55,544 nucleotides of DNA from Magnetococcales bacterium (lineage in GTDB: Bacteria > Pseudomonadota > Magnetococcia > Magnetococcales > Magnetaquicoccaceae). The stretch lies in the NCBI GenBank assembly GCA_015231775.1, contig JADGAY010000001.1:1-55544 (forward strand), in the 5' to 3' direction. The translations under genes were made by a program, and so were the position numbers. This document shows, piece after piece, positions 9,794 to 20,586 of this stretch. The notes under the pieces are model-generated. The model worked only from the letters and a program-made list of their open reading frames with translations, did no database searches and had not been told where the DNA came from. Within the stretch, counting starts at the first letter, position 1. Each line of letters opens with the position of its first letter.

Positions 9794-9875
9794 AAAGCGC
9801 GCGAACGTCAAAATCAAAGACCAAACCTCAGGGCTTCGCCCCGAATCCACCAGGGGCCATTGGCCCCCGCACCCC
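9794..9875 (+). repeat. Modular hairpin element copy E2 (clamp end, A-tract and terminal module)
   Basis: AAAGCGCGCGAAC...AAAATCAAAGACCAAACC, then GGGCTTCGCCC, GAATCCACC, AGGGGCCATTGGCCCCCGCACCCC; lies between convergent genes. Confidence 0.8.
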
Positions 9876-9891
9876 ATCAGTTGGCAATACC

Positions 9892-11883
9892 TCACCCCTC
9901 CAACAAACGACGCAACTCCTCCACGGTGGCCACGGGCTGATGACAGGTGCCCTTTTGACACACCCGCACCGACAAGACTCCCTCCCCTGCCCCCTCCCCC
10001 ACCTCCCGACGCAACACCAATCCAGGCAGCAAACGGCGACGAATCTCCCGCGACAATGCCGACTCCTGGTCGCCCTGACCGGAAATCACCACCTCACACG
10101 ACGCCTGCCCGATAAACGCCAAACTCCACAACATCTCGGTCACCATCGGCGCTCCCTGACGCCAACACCCGGCCAACCCGGCCCAGATGCGCCGCGTTTC
10201 GCTGGCCAATTCACCCTCCGGAGCCCGCGCCGCCAAACGGTGCAAAACGTTCATGGCCACCGAGAGACCCGAAGGGATCACCCCGTCATGCCACTCGACA
10301 CGCGGCGGAATCCAGCTCCGGGCATCGATCGGGGTCAACTGCAACGGCGCGCCGGAGGCCGGCTGAAAACGTTGCAACATCTCCCTGGCCAGGGTCTCGG
10401 CGCGCTGCAACAACGCCGGGTCAAACCACGCCTCGTGGCCATCGAGCAACGCCTGAATCAAACAGGCGTAATCATCCAGAAACACCCCCTCCCCCACCCG
10501 TTCGCCGCGCCGACTGTGGACCAGGGGATCCCGATTGATGACGTCAAGAGCCAAACGGGCCGCCTCCAGATAGCCCGGCACCTCCAGCGCCGCCCCCACC
10601 TTGGCCAGGGCGGAGATTGTCAAGGCGTTCCAGGAGACCAGCACCTTGTCATCCCGCGCTGGTTCCGGTCGCATGGCCCGTTCGCGCGCCAGGGCGGCCA
10701 GTTCCCCGGCCTGACCATCGAGGCTCTCCCACAAGGTGCGCGACGCACCGAGAAAATTCACCACCACACGACCATCCACCAAGGCCTCCGGCGTATCGGG
10801 CAGAAACCGCTCGATGAACGCCCCACCGCGTTCCGCCCCCAACACCGCCACCACCTCCTCCGGGGTCCAGGTATAATACAACCCCTCCTCCCCCGCGCTG
10901 TCCGCGTCCAGCGAGGAGATGAAAGCCCCATCCGGCAGCCGGAACCGGTTGAGCAGATCATCCAGAATCCCGCGCGCCACCCGCGCGTGACGCATTTGTC
11001 CCGTCAACTGCCACGCCTCCAGATAGACCCGCGCCAACAAGGCATTGTCGTAAAGCATGATCTCGAAGTGCGGAACCTGCCAGGCCCGATCCGTGGCATA
11101 CCGGTGAAAGGCTCCGCCAAGCTGATCGCGAATCCCCCCCGCGGCCATGCGATCCAGGGTGTCGAGAACCGGCTGGATCATCGCCGGGTCGGCTCCATGC
11201 GCCCCCTGACGCAGAAAGTGGGAGAGAATCGTGGGTTGCGGGAATTTGGGCTGTTCACCAAACCCACCCCACTTCGCATCGAGTCGTTCGCTCCAAAATC
11301 GCATGGCCACAAGGGCCGGATCCGTGCCCAGACGGTGATCCAACCCCCCTCCTCCCGGTTTGGGCAGACCGGGCATGCGGGCTTGCAACCAGTCGCGCAG
11401 CTCATGGGCATCCTTGAGCAATGCCGGGCGTCGCTCCTGCCACTGGGTGGCGATCAGGGTGATCAGTTGCTTGAAGGAGGGACGTCCCCACCCCGGTTCC
11501 GGCGGGAAATAGGTGCCCCCGTGCAGCGGCAGCAACTCCGGCGTGGTGATGACATGCAACGGCCAACCCCCGGAACCGGTCATGGTGGTGAGAATCTCCA
11601 TGAAATGGGCATCCAGATCAGGCCGCTCCTCCCGATCCACTTTGATGCACACATAGTCCGCCGCCAGCAGCGCGGCCACCTCGTCATCGGTGAAACTCTC
11701 CCGCTCCATCACATGACACCAGTGACAGGCGGCGTAACCGATCGAAATCAGGATCAGTTTCCCCTCGTCCTTGGCCTTGTGCAGCGCCTCATCGCCCCAG
11801 GGGAACCAATCAACCGGATTGTGGGCGTGCTGCAACAGATAGGGACTGGTGGCGTGGATCAAACGATTCGGGGTGCTGGTCAC
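9892..11883 (-). CDS. YyaL/DUF255 thioredoxin-domain protein (SPATA20-like)
   Basis: [70 protein letters not shown]; start uncertain (GTG 11883 or ATG 11928). Confidence 0.9.
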   Translation of the reverse strand: MTSTPNRLIHATSPYLLQHAHNPVDWFPWGDEALHKAKDEGKLILISIGYAACHWCHVMERESFTDDEVAALLAADYVCIKVDREERPDLDAHFMEILTTMTGSGGWPLHVITTPELLPLHGGTYFPPEPGWGRPSFKQLITLIATQWQERRPALLKDAHELRDWLQARMPGLPKPGGGGLDHRLGTDPALVAMRFWSERLDAKWGGFGEQPKFPQPTILSHFLRQGAHGADPAMIQPVLDTLDRMAAGGIRDQLGGAFHRYATDRAWQVPHFEIMLYDNALLARVYLEAWQLTGQMRHARVARGILDDLLNRFRLPDGAFISSLDADSAGEEGLYYTWTPEEVVAVLGAERGGAFIERFLPDTPEALVDGRVVVNFLGASRTLWESLDGQAGELAALARERAMRPEPARDDKVLVSWNALTISALAKVGAALEVPGYLEAARLALDVINRDPLVHSRRGERVGEGVFLDDYACLIQALLDGHEAWFDPALLQRAETLAREMLQRFQPASGAPLQLTPIDARSWIPPRVEWHDGVIPSGLSVAMNVLHRLAARAPEGELASETRRIWAGLAGCWRQGAPMVTEMLWSLAFIGQASCEVVISGQGDQESALSREIRRRLLPGLVLRREVGEGAGEGVLSVRVCQKGTCHQPVATVEELRRLLEG

Positions 11884-11966
11884 GACATGCTCCGGGCTCG
11901 GGGTGGGTTTTGATGGCGGACAATCCATGAATGGCCAGATGGCCTGGTTCGGTTTACGCAAGAGGC

Positions 11967-11995
11967 TTGACTCGGCACGAAAATAATTGCATAAT
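11967..11995 (+). promoter_or_regulatory. Sigma70-type promoter for the rpmH operon
   Basis: TTGACT (11967-72), 17-bp spacer, CATAAT (11990-95), 45 bp upstream of rpmH. Confidence 0.7.
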
Positions 11996-12040
11996 GGATG
12001 GTCCGTTCAATACAAATCAAGGCAGAAGGATCCTTAAACC

Positions 12041-12175
12041 GTGAAAAGACCCTTTCAACCCAGCAAGATCCGTCGCAATCGCACCCATGGGTTCCGGGCG
12101 CGCATGGCCACCCACGATGGTCGCGCGGTGCTCTCCCGTCGCCGTGCCAAGGGACGTCATAAGCTGATCCCGTAA
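12041..12175 (+). CDS. rpmH: 50S ribosomal protein L34 (absent from the ORF track because it is <60 aa)
   Basis: GTG start; [44 protein letters not shown]; AAGGA RBS; upstream of rnpA. Confidence 0.97.
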   Translation: MKRPFQPSKIRRNRTHGFRARMATHDGRAVLSRRRAKGRHKLIP

Positions 12176-12180
12176 TCGAT

Positions 12181-12552
12181 ATGCCGGATTCGTCGGATTT
12201 CCGTTTTCCGAAATCCGCCCGGCTGCTCGTGTCCGGAGAGTTTCAGCGGGTCTCATCCCGTGGGCGACGAATCGCCACCCGATTTTTTATCCTGCTGACC
12301 CTCCCTGTCCAGTCCGACCAAACCCGGCTGGGCATCACGGTCAGCCGCAAGGTGGGCAACGCGGTGCAACGCACCCGCGTCAAACGTCTGATCCGCGAAC
12401 AGTTTCGCCTGTGTCGTCCACGGTTTGCGTCGGGATCCGATTGCGTGGTCATCGCCAAACCCCAGGCCGGTCGCACCATCAACCCCGAGTTGCATGACGA
12501 CCTGCGCGAACTGTTCAGTCGGCTGGAAAAAATGGGTATCTCGTCCGCTTGA
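12181..12552 (+). CDS. rnpA: Ribonuclease P protein component
   Basis: RLGITVSRKVGNAVQRTRVKRLIRE motif; synteny. Confidence 0.95.
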   Translation: MPDSSDFRFPKSARLLVSGEFQRVSSRGRRIATRFFILLTLPVQSDQTRLGITVSRKVGNAVQRTRVKRLIREQFRLCRPRFASGSDCVVIAKPQAGRTINPELHDDLRELFSRLEKMGISSA

Positions 12553-12660
12553 TCCGGCATGACGAAGCACGGGTTTGGATTGATGGCTCCGTCGAACGCA
12601 CGAGGGGAGTCTCATGGGTGGAGGCGATGGGGGGTTCCCCATCCTGATAATTTGATTGCC

Positions 12661-12870
12661 ATGCGAAAACTTCTACTCGGCCTCATCCGTCTGTATCAGC
12701 TTCTGATCTCCCCCGTGCTGCCCAGCAGTTGCCGGTTCTATCCGAGTTGCTCCCACTACGCCGCCGATGCCGTCTCCCGTCATGGCTCGCTCAAGGGGAG
12801 TTGGCTCACCCTGCGCCGCCTGGGCAAATGTCACCCGTTCCACCCCGGCGGATTCGACCCCGTCCCTTGA
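12661..12870 (+). CDS. yidD: Membrane protein insertion efficiency factor
   Basis: [10 protein letters not shown]...[11 protein letters not shown]...[14 protein letters not shown]. Confidence 0.95.
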   Translation: MRKLLLGLIRLYQLLISPVLPSSCRFYPSCSHYAADAVSRHGSLKGSWLTLRRLGKCHPFHPGGFDPVP

Positions 12871-12885
12871 ATCTAGGATACCTCC

Positions 12886-14553
12886 ATGGATCGTCGGACT
12901 CTCCTGGCCATCACCTTGTCGTTTCTACTCCTGATCGTCTTCCAGACCGTCTCGGATCTCTATTTGACTCCTCCCCAGCCTGCCCAAACCACGGAACAAC
13001 CGGCCATGGAGGCCAAGCAGGAGGCCAAGCAGGAGGCCAAAGAGAGCAAAACCATCGAGAAATCGGTTCAGGAACAAGCCAGCGTCGATGCGGCCAAACC
13101 CCCTCAGGCCCATGCGCCCACCCCCCAGGAGAAGGCCACCGATCCGCGCGAACAGCGTTTTGATTTTGACAACGGCGTCATCGCCGGCCAGATCTCCAAC
13201 CTCGGCGCCACCCTCGCCCAGACCAGATTTCTTAAAAATTTCGATCAATTGCCTCCAGATGGGAAGCCCATCGAATTTTTGAGCCCAAGCGGAAATCACC
13301 TCTTTTTCGAAGAGAGCGGCTTTCTCGGGGAGGTCGGGGTCGATCTGCCCAACCGTAAATCCCTCTGGACCCGTGTCGGCAGCGGGAAAATCGGTCCCAA
13401 TGCGCCACTCACCCTGGTCTGGGATAATGGCAAAGGTTTGAAATTCGAAAAGACATTTACTTTTCAAACCAACACCTATCTGATCACCACCAGCGATCGG
13501 GTGATCAACACCACAGACAAATCGGTGGTGTTGTTCCACTTCGCCCATTTTGCGCGCATCGAACCCAAACCAATGGATCATCAGGCCATGGCGCCGGCTG
13601 ATTTCGAAGGACCGATGGGCTACCTGGATGGTGCGCGGGTGCAACATGTCTATGAAGAGTTGAAAAAGCAGGATCAGCGCACCAACGCCCAGGAGGGGTG
13701 GACTGGTTTCAGCGACAAGTATTTTCTGGCCGCCGTGGTTCCCGATCAGGGCAGCGGCATGAAGAAATTCTATTTCGACTTCGATGATCCCACCCATCGG
13801 GTCGGGGTCGTGGCTGGCAAGCAGGAGTTGCAACCAGGCGCCAAGCTGGAAAAATCCACCCGTCTGTTCATCGGCCCCAAGGAGATCCGCAATCTGGAAA
13901 CCTTGGGCCTTAAGCTCGAGCGTTCCATCGACTACGGCTGGTTCCATTTTCTGGCGGTGCCTTTGGTAAAAATTCTTTTGTTCTTCAATGATTACATCCA
14001 CAATTACGGTATCGCGATCATTCTTCTGACCGTCATCATCAAGATCCTGTTCTTCCCGTTGGCCACCAAGAGCTATCGCTCGATGAACGCCATGAAAAAA
14101 TTGGCGCCCAAACTCGAGGAGATCAAAAAGCTCTACAGCCACGACAAGGCGATGATGCAGCAAGAGACCATGCGTATGTACCAGGAGAACAAGGTCAATC
14201 CGCTCGGCGGTTGCCTGCCCATCGTGGTGCAGATCCCGGTCTTCTTCGCTTTGTACAAGGTGCTGTTCTTGTCCGTGGAGATGCGCCAGGCCCCCCTGTT
14301 CCTGTGGATCCATGATCTGTCGATCATGGACCCCTATTACGTGCTGCCGATTCTGATGGGCATCTCCATGTTCATTCAGACCAAAATGAATCCGGCTCCC
14401 GCGGATCCGGTGCAGGCCAAGGTAATGCTTTTTCTGCCGGTGGTGTTCACCTTCATGTTCTTGAGCTTCCCGGCGGGACTGGTGCTCTACTGGCTGGTCA
14501 ACAATGTCCTCTCCATCGCCCAGCAGGGCTATATCATGAAGATTGAGAAGTAA
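12886..14553 (+). CDS. yidC: Membrane protein insertase YidC
   Basis: DYGWF, NYGIAIILLT, VNPLGGCLP, GLVLYWLVNN motifs. Confidence 0.97.
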   Translation: MDRRTLLAITLSFLLLIVFQTVSDLYLTPPQPAQTTEQPAMEAKQEAKQEAKESKTIEKSVQEQASVDAAKPPQAHAPTPQEKATDPREQRFDFDNGVIAGQISNLGATLAQTRFLKNFDQLPPDGKPIEFLSPSGNHLFFEESGFLGEVGVDLPNRKSLWTRVGSGKIGPNAPLTLVWDNGKGLKFEKTFTFQTNTYLITTSDRVINTTDKSVVLFHFAHFARIEPKPMDHQAMAPADFEGPMGYLDGARVQHVYEELKKQDQRTNAQEGWTGFSDKYFLAAVVPDQGSGMKKFYFDFDDPTHRVGVVAGKQELQPGAKLEKSTRLFIGPKEIRNLETLGLKLERSIDYGWFHFLAVPLVKILLFFNDYIHNYGIAIILLTVIIKILFFPLATKSYRSMNAMKKLAPKLEEIKKLYSHDKAMMQQETMRMYQENKVNPLGGCLPIVVQIPVFFALYKVLFLSVEMRQAPLFLWIHDLSIMDPYYVLPILMGISMFIQTKMNPAPADPVQAKVMLFLPVVFTFMFLSFPAGLVLYWLVNNVLSIAQQGYIMKIEK

Positions 14554-14558
14554 ATAAG

Positions 14559-14843
14559 AACACCGACTCTGGTGGCCAGTTTTTGGATCCTAAGTAACAC
14601 GGCCATTGGTGGCCAGTTCCAGGATCCTAGGTAACACCGCCTCTGGTGGCCATTTCCTTGGGCCATGTTTGCGGGAACGTTTCGCCAAAGGCGCGAAACG
14701 TTCCCGCAAACATGGCTGCGCGCAGCGTTTTTCACCAAAACCGTGAAAAACGCTTTTTTGAAGAGCGCGCCAAAATCAAAGGATAAAACCTCGGAGGCTC
14801 TGCCTCCGACCCTCCGCCGGGGACCTTCGGTCCCCGGACCCCT
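14559..14843 (+). repeat. Modular hairpin element copy E3, preceded by a ~3x 37-bp tandem repeat
   Basis: 37-bp units start at 14559, 14596 and 14633; perfect 24-bp stem 14662-14685/14693-14716 with loop CAAAGGC; then clamp hairpin and terminal module. Confidence 0.9.
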
Positions 14844-14882
14844 GCAACCGTTTTAAATCTTTGCCGTACTCCAATCCCTCTC

Positions 14883-16274
14883 ATGCTCCCCACACTCCTA
14901 GACGACCACCCCATCGCCGCACTGGCCACCACGCCTGGCACCTCGGCGGTCGCCATCATCCGCATCAGCGGCTCACAACTTCTTGATCGTCTGCTTCCCA
15001 TACTGCGCCACCCGAACGGCCAACCGGTCTCCCCCACGGATCTGCCACCGCGGCTCTTGAAGCGGCTGGATTTACTCGACCCCGAGACACATGAACCCCT
15101 GGATCAGACCCTGGTGGTCCACTTCCCCGCCCCTCACTCCTACACGGGCGAAGAGATGGTGGAAATCCACGGACATGGCGCACTGGTCCTCATTCAACAC
15201 ACCCTGGAGATCCTGAGCGATATCGGAATCCGCCCGGCCAAACCCGGTGAGTTCACCCGTCGCGCCTGCTTGAACGGAAAACTTGATCTCACCCAAGCCG
15301 AAGCCATCGCTGCCCTTATCAACGCCTCATCCATGCGCGCGGCACGCGAAGCCCTGCGTCAACTGGAAGGAACCCTGCACACGCGAATCGAAACGCTCCG
15401 GGAGCGCCTGTTGATGGTGTTGGCCCATTTGGAGGCGAGCCTTGACTTCGCGGATGAAGATATCGACCCCCTACCCTCTCCGATGATCCTGGGAGAATTG
15501 AGCCAGGCCACCGAAGAACTGGGAAAACTGCTGCGCGACGCACCCCTGGGCGAACGACTGCGGGAAGGGTTCCATCTGGTCATCATCGGACGCCCGAATG
15601 TGGGCAAATCCAGCCTCTTCAATCGCCTGCTGGGTCGAAGACGGGCGATTGTCTCCCCCACCCCAGGCACGACACGGGATTGCATCGAAAGCCGACTGGA
15701 GATTCAAGGGATTCCTGTGATCCTGCTGGATACCGCCGGTCTCCGCCACACGGATGAGCCGGTCGAGGCCGAGGGGATCGCGTTGACGCGCGAAAAGTTG
15801 CGTCAGGCAGATGGGGTGCTGCTGGTTCTGGATGCCGAAGCAGGTCTTACGGACGCCGACAGGGAGCTTTTAAACGAGATTGCCGCAAATCACGCCCTGG
15901 TGGTCTGGAACAAGATGGATCTCTTTCGAGGTGAACACACCCTTGAAATCCCATCCACTCTGTCCACGAACCGCATCTCGATTCATACCGGCGACGGGCT
16001 GGATGAACTTGAGCAGGCAATAGGCGGTTTGCTGTTGCCGGTATCGGTGGATGGGGAAGGCGCCATCATCCTGGTGGCACGTCAGAACGAGGCCCTGACA
16101 CGCGCCCTGCGCGCGTTGATTGAGTGCGAGACCCTGATCCTCCACAAAGGCCCGGTGGAGGTTACGGCCCTCCCCTTGCGCGCGGCGCTGGAGTCCCTGG
16201 GAGAGATTGTTGGCCATGTCACCCATGACGCGCTTCTGGATCGGATTTTCAGCACCTTTTGTATCGGTAAGTAA
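14883..16274 (+). CDS. mnmE: tRNA modification GTPase MnmE (TrmE)
   Basis: SYTGEEMVEIHGHG, GEFTRRA, GRPNVGKSS, GTTRD, DTAG, NKMD and C-terminal FCIGK. Confidence 0.97.
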   Translation: MLPTLLDDHPIAALATTPGTSAVAIIRISGSQLLDRLLPILRHPNGQPVSPTDLPPRLLKRLDLLDPETHEPLDQTLVVHFPAPHSYTGEEMVEIHGHGALVLIQHTLEILSDIGIRPAKPGEFTRRACLNGKLDLTQAEAIAALINASSMRAAREALRQLEGTLHTRIETLRERLLMVLAHLEASLDFADEDIDPLPSPMILGELSQATEELGKLLRDAPLGERLREGFHLVIIGRPNVGKSSLFNRLLGRRRAIVSPTPGTTRDCIESRLEIQGIPVILLDTAGLRHTDEPVEAEGIALTREKLRQADGVLLVLDAEAGLTDADRELLNEIAANHALVVWNKMDLFRGEHTLEIPSTLSTNRISIHTGDGLDELEQAIGGLLLPVSVDGEGAIILVARQNEALTRALRALIECETLILHKGPVEVTALPLRAALESLGEIVGHVTHDALLDRIFSTFCIGK

Positions 16275-16325
16275 TTTGCAAATAATATTTATAATTCACC
16301 TCCCTATCCATGACCCTTGAGAACC

Positions 16326-16341
16326 TGTTCCACGTGGAACA
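16326..16341. promoter_or_regulatory. parS centromere site
   Basis: TGTTCCACGTGGAACA, a perfect palindromic match to the bacterial parS consensus, upstream of mnmG-rsmG-parAB. Confidence 0.9.
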
Positions 16342-16405
16342 TTGTTACACACAGTGCAAACTGGCCAAATGCAATTGGACACTATTCAGGACCCCTGCAT
16401 TGATC

Positions 16406-16833
16406 AGGGTCCAGGGGCCAATAAAGCCTGATGGAATCCAAGGGCAAGGCCCTGGGGAGTTCCTTTGAATCTGCCGTTCGCGCGCTTTTCATGATAACCC
16501 ATTTTTCGCGCATTTGACCGTAGAACTGCTGCAGGGTGGCCCACGGTCAAGGGTGTAGGAGATCTCCCCCCCCATCATGCGAGTCGGCAACGAATCAGAG
16601 CGCATGTCTCCCGGCAACTCATGCCGCCTTCGGCAGCCTGTTTTTCTAGCCATGCTCGCAGGATCGCTTCGCCAAAAACGCGAAATGAACCTGCAGCCAA
16701 AGATGCGCGCAGCGTTTTCTCAGAAGCCGTGAAAAAAGCCCTTTTGAAAGAGTGCGCAAAAGTCAAAAGATTAAAGTCTCGGAGGCTCTTCCTCCAAACT
16801 TCCTCCGGCGAACTTGCGCTCCCCGGACCCCTG
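16406..16833 (+). repeat. Modular hairpin element copy E4 (degenerate full two-armed copy)
   Basis: Reverse terminal module GGGTCCAGGGGCC...CCAAGGGCAAGGCCCTGG, central GCCGCCTTCGGCAGC, hairpin with loop CAAAAAC, forward terminal module ending GGACCCC; same layout as 55034-55472. Confidence 0.8.
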
Positions 16834-16960
16834 CAATAATGGGGTTAGGGTTCTGAATTGTTACAACGCAATTTGACCATCACACGGGTTTATCATCCAG
16901 CATCGTCTCGCCAAAATCTTCACAGGAGACGATTAGCCCTGATCAACACCATCTAGTTGT

Positions 16961-17166
<206 letters not shown>

Positions 17167-17284
17167 AAGTTTCACGTTTCATAACCCTTGCCACACTGTA
17201 GTGGGGTTGCTACTATCAGGGTCCTGGGTATCCACTTACACGCGTCATGAACCTGGACGCTCATCATCAGAAACTGGTATACCA

Positions 17285-19123
17285 ATGCTCGGAACACACC
17301 ATTTCGACATCATCGTTGTGGGTGGCGGACATGCAGGATGTGAGGCTGCGCATGCCGCTGCCAGCATGGGCGCCAATACCTTGCTTCTTACCCACAATCT
17401 CGACACTCTTGGCCAAATGTCCTGCAATCCGGCCATCGGTGGGCTGGGCAAGGGTCATTTGGTGCGTGAAATCGACGCCCTGGGTGGAATCATGGGATTG
17501 CTTGCGGACCGGGCTGGGATTCATTTTAGGATACTGAATCGCAGCAAGGGGCCAGCGGTGCGCGGTCCTCGGGCACAGATGGACAAATTGGACTATCGGC
17601 GCGAGACACGCGCCGCCCTTGATGCTACGCCCAATCTAACCCTTCGTCAGGGTGAAGCCACGCGACTGATTATTGAGGGCGATGGTGTCTGCGGTGTCAT
17701 GACAGACTGGGGATATGCTTGTCGGGCCTCGGCGGTGATATTGACAACCGGAACATTTTTGCGTGGCTTGGCACATATTGGGGAACGTACTTTCCCAGCG
17801 GGTCGGCTGGGGGACGCGCCAAGCATGACCTTGAGCGATTCCTTGCGTGAACTCGGACTGACCCTCCATCGACTGAAAACCGGCACTCCGCCACGCTTGG
17901 ATGGCCGCAGCATCGATTGGGCTTGTCTGGAACCTCAACCTGGCGAGAATCCTCCTGTCCCCTTTTCGCATCTAACGGAAGCCATTCAACGCCCGCAAGT
18001 GGTCTGTCACATCGCCTTCACCAATCCGAGAACCCATGAGCTGATCACCAGCAATCTGCACCGTGCACCGCTCTACTCGGGTCAAATCAAGGGGATTGGT
18101 CCTCGATACTGTCCCTCTATCGAGGACAAAGTGATACGTTTCAAGGAGCGCGATCGCCACCAGATTTTTCTTGAGCCCGAAGGATGGCGTACCCAGGAGA
18201 TCTATCCAAACGGGATTTCAACCAGCCTCCCAATTGACATCCAACAGGAACTGGTGCGCTCCATGGCTGGTCTGGAGAGTGCCGTGATCATTCGACCCGG
18301 CTATGCCATCGAGTACGACATGGTGGACCCGACCCAACTGGATGACGCCCTGGCAGTCAAGGGAGTCCAGGGACTCTACCTGGCTGGTCAAATCAATGGA
18401 ACGACGGGATACGAAGAAGCAGCCGGTCAAGGGCTTGTGGCCGGTATTCAGGCAACGCGCTTTCATCAAAGATTGGAACCGATTTTCTTTGATCGATCTC
18501 AGAGTTATCTGGGTGTCATGATCGATGATCTCATCACCAAAGGCGTGGATGAGCCCTATCGGATGTTCACATCACGCGCCGAGTTTCGTCTTCTTCTTCG
18601 CACGGACAATGCCGACGCCCGTTTGACCCCTTTGGGACGAGAAATCGGACTGGTGGATGATCGCCGCTGGCAGCGGTTCCAAGTGAAGCAGGAGAAGCTG
18701 AATGCAACCCGAGGACAGTTGCAGGCGACGCGCATTCATGCCCAGGAGAGTGGGCTTACGGATGGACGGGATCGCAAAAATGCTTGGGAGTGGATGCGTG
18801 GAGAGGAGCTTACATCCGAGCGAATTTTTGAACTGTCTGGTCTGAATGATTGCCCAGCTGAAATCAGGGAGACCTTGGAAACCGAAGCCAGGTATGCCGG
18901 TTACCTGACCCGCCAGAATGATGAGATCCACCGATTTCGAAAGTCAGAGTCAATTCGAATCCCCGAGAGTTTGGATTGGATGTCTGTTACCGGGTTGTCC
19001 ACGGAATTACGTGTGAAGTGGATGAAAATCCGTCCCAGAACCCTTGGGCAGGCCTACCGTGTTCCAGGCGCTACCCCAGCCGCAATCTCGGTTTTGATGA
19101 TTCACCTGAAGGCCTCCACCTGA
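17285..19123 (+). CDS. mnmG: tRNA uridine 5-carboxymethylaminomethyl modification enzyme MnmG (GidA)
   Basis: FDIIVVGGGHAGCEAA, SCNPAIGG, GPRYCPSIEDK, AGQINGTTGYEEA, EPYRMFTSRAE. Confidence 0.97.
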   Translation: MLGTHHFDIIVVGGGHAGCEAAHAAASMGANTLLLTHNLDTLGQMSCNPAIGGLGKGHLVREIDALGGIMGLLADRAGIHFRILNRSKGPAVRGPRAQMDKLDYRRETRAALDATPNLTLRQGEATRLIIEGDGVCGVMTDWGYACRASAVILTTGTFLRGLAHIGERTFPAGRLGDAPSMTLSDSLRELGLTLHRLKTGTPPRLDGRSIDWACLEPQPGENPPVPFSHLTEAIQRPQVVCHIAFTNPRTHELITSNLHRAPLYSGQIKGIGPRYCPSIEDKVIRFKERDRHQIFLEPEGWRTQEIYPNGISTSLPIDIQQELVRSMAGLESAVIIRPGYAIEYDMVDPTQLDDALAVKGVQGLYLAGQINGTTGYEEAAGQGLVAGIQATRFHQRLEPIFFDRSQSYLGVMIDDLITKGVDEPYRMFTSRAEFRLLLRTDNADARLTPLGREIGLVDDRRWQRFQVKQEKLNATRGQLQATRIHAQESGLTDGRDRKNAWEWMRGEELTSERIFELSGLNDCPAEIRETLETEARYAGYLTRQNDEIHRFRKSESIRIPESLDWMSVTGLSTELRVKWMKIRPRTLGQAYRVPGATPAAISVLMIHLKAST

Positions 19124-19138
19124 AAATCTTGAGCGAGC

Positions 19139-19825
19139 ATGAACTGTACACCCCAATCCATTACCCATGATTGGCTGGGATTCCTGACATCCCTTCGTTC
19201 CGTAATCTACCTGACGGATGACAAGGAGGTGAGGCTGCAACAATACGTTGAACAATTGCTGCGCTGGAATCAGATCTATCCGCTACTTGGGCCTGCAGCA
19301 CTCCCGCATTTGCTAAGTCGTCACCTTCTCGACTCATCCTCACTGATACCATTGCTACCAGAGTCGGGACGCATCGCCGACATGGGTTCGGGTGCGGGTT
19401 TGCCTGGAATCGTCCTGGCCATTCTATCGTCTTCATCAAGACAATTCCATCTTCTTGAAGCCAATCAAAAGAAAGCCCGCTTTCTGCAATTCATGGTTTC
19501 TGAGCTGGACCTATCCAATCGTGTGACGGTTCACAAGCAACGCGTAGAAGAGGCCAAGGCGCTACATGGCAATTTTGATTGTACCACGAGCCGTGCGCTT
19601 GCGGATCTGGAGACGCTTGGTAAACTCTCCCGACTGCTTCTTAAACCGCGTGGCATCTGCCTGGCAATGAAGGGTAGGAGCGTGCATGATGACCTGCACC
19701 ATTTTGCACATGGCAAACAGGCACTCTATTTCAACCAACCTGTCATCCATCCCTCTCCATTCGGTGGAGAGGGTGTGATCGTTCAGTTGCAAAGTGTTCC
19801 ACGTGAAACAAAGGGGAAGCGATGA
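19139..19825 (+). CDS. rsmG: 16S rRNA m7G527 methyltransferase RsmG (GidB)
   Basis: RHLLDS, DMGSGAGLPGI, KKARFL, TSRAL; synteny after mnmG. Confidence 0.9.
   Translation: MNCTPQSITHDWLGFLTSLRSVIYLTDDKEVRLQQYVEQLLRWNQIYPLLGPAALPHLLSRHLLDSSSLIPLLPESGRIADMGSGAGLPGIVLAILSSSSRQFHLLEANQKKARFLQFMVSELDLSNRVTVHKQRVEEAKALHGNFDCTTSRALADLETLGKLSRLLLKPRGICLAMKGRSVHDDLHHFAHGKQALYFNQPVIHPSPFGGEGVIVQLQSVPRETKGKR
19795..19810. promoter_or_regulatory. parS site inside the 3' end of rsmG
   Basis: TGTTCCACGTGAAACA (encodes VPRET), 11 bp before parA. Confidence 0.85.
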
Positions 19826-20586
19826 AACAGATCATTGCCATCGTCAATCGCAAGGGAGGCGTGGGAAAAACCACTACGGCAGTCAATCTGGCGGCTACAT
19901 TCGCGGCTTCTGGTAAACGAACCTTGTTGGTCGATTTTGATCCGCAAGGCAACACCACCACGGCCTTTGGGATCTCCAAACAGAGCAATCTCCCTACGGT
20001 TTATGAAGTTTTGACTGGCCAGTCCAGTTGGAAAGAGGCCACCAGAGCCATCATCGGCAATGGCTTGCTTGGTGTGATCCCCTCCACTGCGGATTTAAGT
20101 GGCGCCGAGGTTGAGTTGGTCAACACCAAGAACCGTGAGTTTCGACTTCGTGAACGTCTGAAGAGTCTGGAAGGGGAGTACGACACCATACTGGTGGATT
20201 GTCCTCCCTCTCTTGGACTCCTGACACTCAATGCACTGGCCGCCGCACAAGGGGTCTTGATCCCCCTGCAATGCGAGTACTACGCCATGGAAGGTTTGAG
20301 TCAGGTCCTCCGAACCATGGAGATCATCAAAAAGAGCATCCATCGTACCCTGGAGATGGAGGGTATATTGCTGACCATGCATGATCCTCTGAATCCAAAC
20401 AATCTTCGGATCGAACAGGAGGTTCGGCAGCACTTTGCCAGCGAGACGTTCGTGACCATCATTCCTCGCGATCCAAATTTGAGCGTGGCGCCATCCATGG
20501 GTCGTCCAGGTGTCTGGTATCATCCCTGGTCGGCTGGATCCCGTGCCTATCTGGAATTGACTCTTGAACTGCAACACAAGGATTGA
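19822..20586 (+). CDS. parA: Chromosome partitioning ATPase ParA/Soj
   Basis: KGGVGKTTT, DFDPQGN, DCPPSLG, PLQCEYYA. Confidence 0.95.
   Translation: MKQIIAIVNRKGGVGKTTTAVNLAATFAASGKRTLLVDFDPQGNTTTAFGISKQSNLPTVYEVLTGQSSWKEATRAIIGNGLLGVIPSTADLSGAEVELVNTKNREFRLRERLKSLEGEYDTILVDCPPSLGLLTLNALAAAQGVLIPLQCEYYAMEGLSQVLRTMEIIKKSIHRTLEMEGILLTMHDPLNPNNLRIEQEVRQHFASETFVTIIPRDPNLSVAPSMGRPGVWYHPWSAGSRAYLELTLELQHKD

Noticed and set aside
13009-13044. GAGGCCAAGCAG tandem repeat in yidC
   Set aside because: In-frame EAKQ repeat in the variable periplasmic linker; ordinary
14559-14669. Possible CRISPR array (37-bp units)
   Set aside because: Units are contiguous with no spacers, are degenerate, and no cas genes are present
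14665-14856. Short similar ORFs inside repeats (e.g. KTSEALPPNLRRGPSAPRPP at 41195-41467, 50126-50557, 55108-55476)
   Set aside because: Translations of the repeat itself; frames and starts are inconsistent between copies
17168-17183. Third parS-like sequence AGTTTCACGTTTCATA
   Set aside because: Only one half-site matches the consensus
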